The notes under the pieces are model-generated. The model saw only the letters and a list, made by a program, of their open reading frames with translations, had not been told where the DNA came from and did no database searches. A DNA stretch of 32,000 nucleotides. Source: Collibacillus ludicampi (GTDB lineage Bacteria; Bacillota; Bacilli; Tumebacillales; BOQE01). Where the stretch lies: contig NZ_BOQE01000001.1 in the NCBI RefSeq assembly GCF_023705585.1, positions 337,642 to 369,641 of the forward strand. The letters run 5' to 3'. Positions 27,081 through 32,000 of this stretch are shown here, piece after piece. Position 1 is the first letter of the stretch. Each line of letters opens with the position of its first letter. Both the position numbers and the translations under genes were made by a program.

Positions 27081-27125
27081 TTGCATAAAAAAATAAATAC
27101 TTTTTCGTCTTCTATTTTGAGTTTT

Positions 27126-27155
27126 ATTATAAACCGGTTTATGTAAAAATGTAAA
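27126..27155 (-). promoter_or_regulatory. Candidate kdgK promoter (TTTACA - 18 nt - TATAAT) overlapped by the perfect palindrome ATAAACCGGTTTAT (27129-27142), a likely KdgR operator
   Basis: The hexamers were read on the minus strand at 27155-27150 and 27131-27126. A 14-bp palindrome with a central CG is typical of LacI-family operators. Confidence 0.55.
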
Positions 27156-27221
27156 CGGTATCGTTCCGTCATCGTGAGGATTGCATTAGATGAGAAGGGC
27201 CCTGACGTCAATTTGAGACAT

Positions 27222-27257
27222 AAAAAAGACCTCTCCTAGTTTACCATCGAGAGGTCC
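27222..27257 (-). terminator. Rho-independent terminator of the mtn operon
   Basis: GGACCTCTCGATGG...GAGAGGTC stem followed by TTTTTTAT on the minus strand, about 70 nt after the mtnD stop. Confidence 0.8.
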
Positions 27258-27324
27258 GTAATACTTTTTCAGTCGAATCTTTCACCCGAATGGACGCAAG
27301 CTTTTTACTCATGCGTCCGCTCGA

Positions 27325-27852
27325 TTAAGCCGTCGCTTCCTCGTAAATCGCTGCCCAGCCTTCCGTAGATTCGAAAATGCGGATACATTTAATTTTTCTG
27401 TCATCCATCAACGTAAACCAATGACGTGTACCCGCCGGGACAGAAATCAAATCGCCCGGTTCCAGTTCGACATCAAAGTAGGTGCCATCTTTGCCTTTGA
27501 TCGCGAAAATCCCGTGACCGTCAACGACAAAACGAACTTCATCTTCTGTGTGATGGTGTTCCGCTTTAAACTTGTCGAGCAACGCGTCCAGGTTGGGAGT
27601 GGCATCCGACAGAACAACGATATCCTGGGAACGATATCCCCGTTTCGCGGACAAAGCGGCGATCTCATCTTTGTAGAGATCGATAATCGATTGTTTCTGT
27701 TCGTCGGTTAACGCATATTCCTCTTTCAACTCTCCTTGTACGCGCGAGATGTCCCAAGTTTCGTAAACAATCCCCTGCTTCGCCAAGTAGGCAGCCACTT
27801 TTTCTTTTCCTTCGATGCGTTCATTCGTTTCATGAATACGAATCGCTGTCAT
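27325..27852 (-). CDS. mtnD: Acireductone dioxygenase (cupin, ARD)
   Basis: HHHTEDEVRFVVDGHG...PAGTRHWF are cupin metal motifs. It occupies the last position of the mtnWXBD operon. Confidence 0.9.
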   Translation of the reverse strand: MTAIRIHETNERIEGKEKVAAYLAKQGIVYETWDISRVQGELKEEYALTDEQKQSIIDLYKDEIAALSAKRGYRSQDIVVLSDATPNLDALLDKFKAEHHHTEDEVRFVVDGHGIFAIKGKDGTYFDVELEPGDLISVPAGTRHWFTLMDDRKIKCIRIFESTEGWAAIYEEATA

Positions 27853-27896
27853 TTGACAAGCCTCCCTATTCCAATTATTTGATATATACTTAATTT

Positions 27897-28586
27897 TTAC
27901 AACAAACCAATTGAAACGTTCGCAACCTTAGCAGGTTCGACCGCTTGCAAAGTCCTCACATACCCTAACCATAAGAAGTGATACTGGAACATAAACTCGA
28001 ACGCTTCTACATGACGCTTCGCGGAAAAAGAATCTTCTCCCCATGCATAAATGCCGTGCTTACGGATCAAAACACCCGGAACTTGCGGATGGATCCGCTT
28101 GCCGATCTCTTCCGCAAGACGTGGGATGTCCGCATAGTTCTCAATGATGGGAATCTCGATCGCAGCCCCTTCCTCCCAGATATTCAACCCTTTAATCAGT
28201 TCCATATCAGAGAGTACGACCGATTTTTCTTCCGCATAGATCTCGGAAATCAGGTTGTTGTAGACCGTGTGCACATGCAACACAGAACCTGCCCCTGTGA
28301 GTTGATAGATTTTTGCATGGATCAAGGTCTCAGCTGACGGTTTTAAACGGGTAGGCTCAATGGGCGAACAATCTTCTTTAACAAAAACGATATCTTCCAA
28401 TTGCAGATTTTCTTTATCACGGCCGCTTGCAGTAACGCCGAACACGAGCGGGTCATGGCAGAGACTGATAGAAAGATTGCCTGATGTGGCAGGAAGCCAG
28501 CCTTTTTGGCTGAAATTGTGCGCAATCTCATTCAATTCCTTAACCACCCGTATGCGATCTTCCTGATAAAAAAGATACTGGCTCAT
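27897..28586 (-). CDS. mtnB: Methylthioribulose-1-phosphate dehydratase (class II aldolase fold)
   Basis: GWLPATSGNLS...VLHVHT are aldolase-II motifs. The start forms an ATGA overlap with the mtnX stop. Confidence 0.9.
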   Translation of the reverse strand: MSQYLFYQEDRIRVVKELNEIAHNFSQKGWLPATSGNLSISLCHDPLVFGVTASGRDKENLQLEDIVFVKEDCSPIEPTRLKPSAETLIHAKIYQLTGAGSVLHVHTVYNNLISEIYAEEKSVVLSDMELIKGLNIWEEGAAIEIPIIENYADIPRLAEEIGKRIHPQVPGVLIRKHGIYAWGEDSFSAKRHVEAFEFMFQYHFLWLGYVRTLQAVEPAKVANVSIGLL

Positions 28587-29263
28587 CGCGCAACCTCCTT
28601 ACATTCTTCTTCCCATTGCTTCAACGTTTCGATCACATCAATAAATGTGTGAAAAGGAGTATGGGGTATAGCGGATTCTCGGCATTTTTCCAACAACAGC
28701 GATCGAGCAAACACATGATCAGCCATCTGTGCAGCCTTCCAGTCGGTGATGCTGTCACCGATGACGATCCGTTTCGCATCATTTGCCCCGTATCTGCGGA
28801 GGATGGCCGGTTTGCAAAGTCCACATCCCCCATCGCAATGTTCGTCACATCCATACGGCCACAGGATGCGAATCGTTTCCCCTGAAAAATCGGATCCATT
28901 GCAAAAGATTCTATTTTCATCCACATACGGCGACAGGATCGGCTTGACGAAAAAATCGATGCCTCCGGAAGTCACCAGAAATAGAATCCCTTCCTGCCGA
29001 CAATACTGTAACAATTCTTTGAATCCGGAACGAATCTTCGCTGTCTTCTGAGCATATTTGACGATTTGTTCTTTTTCCTCACTGGGAATCTGTGCAAACA
29101 TTTGTCCGACTCCGCTCTCCACCGAGATTCGCCCCGCCAGTACGTCCTCTTTCAGCATTTCCCACCCAGGACGCCCAAACTTTTCCATAATCGAGATGAT
29201 CATATCCCGTTCTGTTATCGTGCCGTCAAAATCGCAAAAGATCATCCATTTTTTTCTCATCAT
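28583..29263 (-). CDS. mtnX: 2-hydroxy-3-keto-5-methylthiopentenyl-1-phosphate phosphatase (HAD family)
   Basis: The [12 protein letters not shown] motif I lies near the N-terminus. The ATG at 29263 overlaps the mtnW TGA (ATGA) and is preceded by GGAAGAGG, so the ORF-track start at 29287 is unlikely. Confidence 0.9.
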   Translation of the reverse strand: MMRKKWMIFCDFDGTITERDMIISIMEKFGRPGWEMLKEDVLAGRISVESGVGQMFAQIPSEEKEQIVKYAQKTAKIRSGFKELLQYCRQEGILFLVTSGGIDFFVKPILSPYVDENRIFCNGSDFSGETIRILWPYGCDEHCDGGCGLCKPAILRRYGANDAKRIVIGDSITDWKAAQMADHVFARSLLLEKCRESAIPHTPFHTFIDVIETLKQWEEECKEVAR

Positions 29264-30498
29264 GACACCTCTTCCGGACAACCCCACAGCGCGAGTGCCT
29301 CTTCCAGCTCACGGCTCTCCGCTGCTGCCTCTTTGAATGGAATTCCTTTACAAGTTGCGTCGATGGCTGCTACAAAAGCACGTCCTCCCGCTGTCGCCCC
29401 TTGTGGATGACCATGGATTCCGCCTCCCGCGTTGACCACATGATCCACTCCAAAATCACGATATAACAAGGGTACCATCCCAGGATGAATCCCTGCTGAC
29501 GGAACCGGAAATGAGGTCTTCAACCCCTCTCGTTTGCCGCGAAGATGTGCAGCGATCTGGAGCGTCTCTTCTCTTTCCATAGCAACCGAACCATAAGGAG
29601 ACGGATAGAGAACGAAATCAGCGCCCGCGAGCCTCATCAGTTTTCCCAATAGAATAGGTGCAGAGATCCCGTAGCGGTCTGAAGCATAGAAAGCACCAGC
29701 CAGTGCGGGATGAGCGACCAGTGGGACTGTGATCTCCGGATCGGCCGCCAAACGATGCAAAACATCATAACCAAACGGTAGCACGTTGATGAGTAGAGCA
29801 TTGGCACCCGCCCGCACCGCCCGCTTGGCTTTCGTAAAAATCTCAGTGACAGGACCTGTTAAATTAGCCGCATAGAGAACTTTTTTCCCTGTTTCTCGCT
29901 CTGCATTCTCAGCCGCGCGCAGACACGCCTCGATCCGTTTCTCAAACGGTGCGTATGTTTCATCAAAGAGAATCTCATCGTCTTTCACCAGATCGACGCC
30001 ACCGGCCGCTTGCAAGTAAAACTGTTCAGCCATTGTTTTCAAATCATAACCGATACAAGACTTGAAAATCGACATGAGCAAGGGGCGATTGTACACACCG
30101 AGCAACTTCCTTATACCATCAATCCCGAATTTGGGACCGGGAAACTGTTTCACAAAGGCTTCAGGAAACGTCACGTCTACGAGACGAATCATCCCGTCCA
30201 TCGACAATTTGCCGAAGATCGTTGTAAGCAATGCCGGAATGTCAGGTGTCAGGTTGATCATCGGATAAGCAATCGTCAGTCGGGCCTTGATCCGTCCGTT
30301 CTCGTCCTTTCCCAATTCTTCAACCGAGACAACATGTCCGAGGTGTTTTTTCATCTCCTCTTTTTTCGTTTCCGGCAGTTCCGTCCATGTACCGACTGTC
30401 AATCCATGAGCGATACCCAAAGCTTTCTTATGGAGGTCTCCTCCCTTGCTATGTACAAGGTAGGTTGCCGTCACGAATTGGCTTGTATCTGTATGCAT
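29260..30498 (-). CDS. mtnW: 2,3-diketo-5-methylthiopentyl-1-phosphate enolase (RuBisCO-like protein, YkrW type)
   Basis: RuBisCO large-subunit-like motifs are present ([29 protein letters not shown]). The operon context is mtnXBD. RBS GAGGTGAAGG precedes it. Confidence 0.9.
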   Translation of the reverse strand: MHTDTSQFVTATYLVHSKGGDLHKKALGIAHGLTVGTWTELPETKKEEMKKHLGHVVSVEELGKDENGRIKARLTIAYPMINLTPDIPALLTTIFGKLSMDGMIRLVDVTFPEAFVKQFPGPKFGIDGIRKLLGVYNRPLLMSIFKSCIGYDLKTMAEQFYLQAAGGVDLVKDDEILFDETYAPFEKRIEACLRAAENAERETGKKVLYAANLTGPVTEIFTKAKRAVRAGANALLINVLPFGYDVLHRLAADPEITVPLVAHPALAGAFYASDRYGISAPILLGKLMRLAGADFVLYPSPYGSVAMEREETLQIAAHLRGKREGLKTSFPVPSAGIHPGMVPLLYRDFGVDHVVNAGGGIHGHPQGATAGGRAFVAAIDATCKGIPFKEAAAESRELEEALALWGCPEEVS

Positions 30499-30512
30499 GC
30501 CTTCACCTCAAA

Positions 30513-30797
30513 CTTGAAAAATTTCAGTTTGGCGGTCTTATGCTTTGCGTTCGCGCTCCGTGGAGGTCATTTCAGTGGGTATATGCTTTGCGTTCATGCT
30601 CCGAGAAGGTCGTTTCTCATGAAATTATAATTATATGTTGCGAAACGGCCTTCAAAGTCGCTATTACGCGCAATGCATATACCCCCATATCGTTCATAAG
30701 GTAGCGATGCGACCTCCAAAGTCGCTGTCTCTCGCAAAGCATTACGCCCTCCTAAAGACACAATCCAATCTTGTGGTGGAGCCGTTTGCGGCTTGAA
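30513..30797. repeat. Composite palindromic repeat, locus E: an outer unit (30513-30797) with a complete inner unit (30577-30684) inserted in its loop
   Basis: The outer arms are TATGCTTTGCGTTCGCGCTCCGTGGAGGTC and GACCTCCAAAGTCGCTGTCTCTCGCAAAGCATTA. Between them lies GGGTATATGCTTTGCGTTCATGCTCCGAGAAGGTCGTTTC-loop-GAAACGGCCTTCAAAGTCGCTATTACGCGCAATGCATATACCC. Confidence 0.9.
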
Positions 30798-30807
30798 TAT
30801 CAGTCAA

Positions 30808-30977
30808 GCAGTAAAGAAGCCTCTTCCTGAGAGGAAGAGGCCGACTCACGATATGAGCAGCTCTTATCTCTCAGAATCCTGTGATTCTGCAGGAGTTAGC
30901 ACCGTGCATAAGCAGTCGCTCATGTCGGTTGCCGGGCTTCATCGGGCCAGTCCCTCAGCCTTCTCTTGATAAGAGGC
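30808..30977 (-). promoter_or_regulatory. S-box (SAM-I) riboswitch with an intrinsic terminator
   Basis: The minus strand reads CTCTTATCAAGAGAAGGCTGAGGGACTGGCCCGATGAAGCCCGGCAACC...GGTGCTAACTCCTGCAGA...GAGAGATAAGAGC. This is followed by the GCCTCTTCC-TCTC-AGGAAGAGGC hairpin (30819-30841) and TTCTTTAC. Confidence 0.9.
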
Positions 30978-31007
30978 AAATTTGATTATTTTCATAAAGT
31001 TACTCAA

Positions 31008-31036
31008 AATATACTACGAAAAGTCACCAGCGTCAA
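31008..31036 (-). promoter_or_regulatory. Candidate sigma-A promoter of the S-box/mtnW leader (TTGACG - 17 nt - TATATT)
   Basis: Read on the minus strand at 31036-31031 and 31013-31008, about 25 nt upstream of the first riboswitch helix. Confidence 0.6.
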
Positions 31037-31052
31037 TACACTCAACCCAACC

Positions 31053-32000
31053 TCAAGCAAAAAGTTTCAATCGGTCCAGACGATCGACCGCTTCCTGCAA
31101 ACGCCCTTCCGGTGCCAAAAGTCCGACACGCACATATCCTTCCCCATGCGGCCCGAAGCCGATCCCGGGAGCGACCACTAGGTGCGCTTGTTCCAACAAA
31201 TAGTCAGCGAACTTCGCTGATGACCATCCTTCAGGAACGGGCAACCACGTGAAAAATGATCCTTTCGGTGCCTGGCAATCCCATCCGATTTCTCGCAATC
31301 CTTGAATCCATGTGTCTCGGCGGCGTTGGTAAATGGCGACCAATTCCCTGACACAGTCTTGCGGTCCCTCCAAGGCGGCGATCGCGGCACGCTGAATCGC
31401 AGCGAAAAGGCTCACATAGTAGTGATCCTGAATCAAATTGATCAGACGAATCACTTCTTGGTTTCCGAGCGCAAAACCTACACGCCATCCCGCCATATTG
31501 TAAGTTTTGGACAGGGTATAAAACTCCACCCCTACATCTTTGGCACCCGGCACCTGCAGAAAAGATACAGGCTTGAGGCCGTCAAAACCGATGGCCCCAT
31601 AAGCGAAATCGTGCGCCACAATGATCTCATGCTGTTCTGCGAACGCAACCGTCTCTTTAAAAAAAGATAAAGAGGCGACCGCAGCCGTCGGATTAGCTGG
31701 GTAATTTAAAAACATCAACTTGGCCCTTCGCAAATCTTCAGTACGCAAGCGGCTGTAATCGGGCAGAAACTCATTTTCCTCAAGAAGAGGCATCATTACC
31801 ATATCTGCGCCGGAAAGGGCCACGCCCGACCAATAATCGGGATACCCGGGATCGGGAACCAAACAAGCGTCCCCCCGATTTAAAAGACACTGGCTGATCT
31901 CTACGAGGCCTGTTTTGCCGCCAAAGAGGATCGCCACTTCCGTCTCCGGATCCAGATCGACATCATATTCTCTCTTATACCATCCAGCGATCGCCTCTTT
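31053..32000 (-). CDS. Class I/II PLP aminotransferase (MtnE/PatA-like), 5' end beyond the window
   Basis: YTLSKTYNMAGWRVG carries the PLP-lysine motif. The frame stays open from 31937 to the window edge (KEAIAGWYKREYDVDLDPETE...). The position next to the mtn operon suggests, but does not prove, the KMTB transaminase. Confidence 0.8.
   Translation of the reverse strand, partial: KEAIAGWYKREYDVDLDPETEVAILFGGKTGLVEISQCLLNRGDACLVPDPGYPDYWSGVALSGADMVMMPLLEENEFLPDYSRLRTEDLRRAKLMFLNYPANPTAAVASLSFFKETVAFAEQHEIIVAHDFAYGAIGFDGLKPVSFLQVPGAKDVGVEFYTLSKTYNMAGWRVGFALGNQEVIRLINLIQDHYYVSLFAAIQRAAIAALEGPQDCVRELVAIYQRRRDTWIQGLREIGWDCQAPKGSFFTWLPVPEGWSSAKFADYLLEQAHLVVAPGIGFGPHGEGYVRVGLLAPEGRLQEAVDRLDRLKLFA

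Noticed and set aside
29260-30498. RuBisCO large-subunit-like ORF as evidence of carbon fixation
   Set aside because: The sequence and its mtnX-mtnB-mtnD/S-box context fit the YkrW-type RuBisCO-like enolase of methionine salvage. No small subunit or Calvin-cycle genes are present.
1151-30797. Possibility that the recurring units form a CRISPR array
   Set aside because: The copies are kilobases apart and are internally palindromic over more than 100 bp. They are not short direct repeats with regular unique spacers, and no cas genes are present.

Overview
The window looks like a chromosomal segment from a Bacillales-type Firmicute. It has dense Shine-Dalgarno-led genes and gene families that match the Bacillus yun, yut, ytp and ykr regions. 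Most of the content is housekeeping. It includes an S-box (SAM-I) riboswitch in front of the methionine-salvage operon mtnW-mtnX-mtnB-mtnD, with a partial class-I aminotransferase upstream. It also includes a kdgK-kdgA-kdgR cluster with a palindromic operator/promoter, dapF, a speA-like decarboxylase, a patB/malY-type C-S lyase, an IscA/SufA-type Fe-S protein, bcp, an SDR, an M42 aminopeptidase, an HD-domain hydrolase, and MFS, DedA and DMT transporters. A Fur-box-preceded FTR1 iron permease and envelope genes (a membrane GT2, and a GT4 translationally coupled to a 736-aa protein) are also present. Two paralogous LysM/3D-domain wall proteins each sit behind their own ydaO-type c-di-AMP riboswitch. 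The least ordinary feature is a family of long imperfect palindromic intergenic repeats, at four loci with at least six units. Two loci show one unit nested in the loop of another. One composite lies in the mtnW leader, between the S-box terminator and the ribosome binding site. Other points worth a second look are an APH-like kinase gene whose N-lobe coding sequence lies upstream of the called ORF behind an in-frame TAA, and an unexplained GC-rich hairpin-rich block of about 200 bp between patB and the iron permease. I see no CRISPR array, transposase, phage genes or recognisable defence system. All functional calls rest on remembered family motifs, not on searches.
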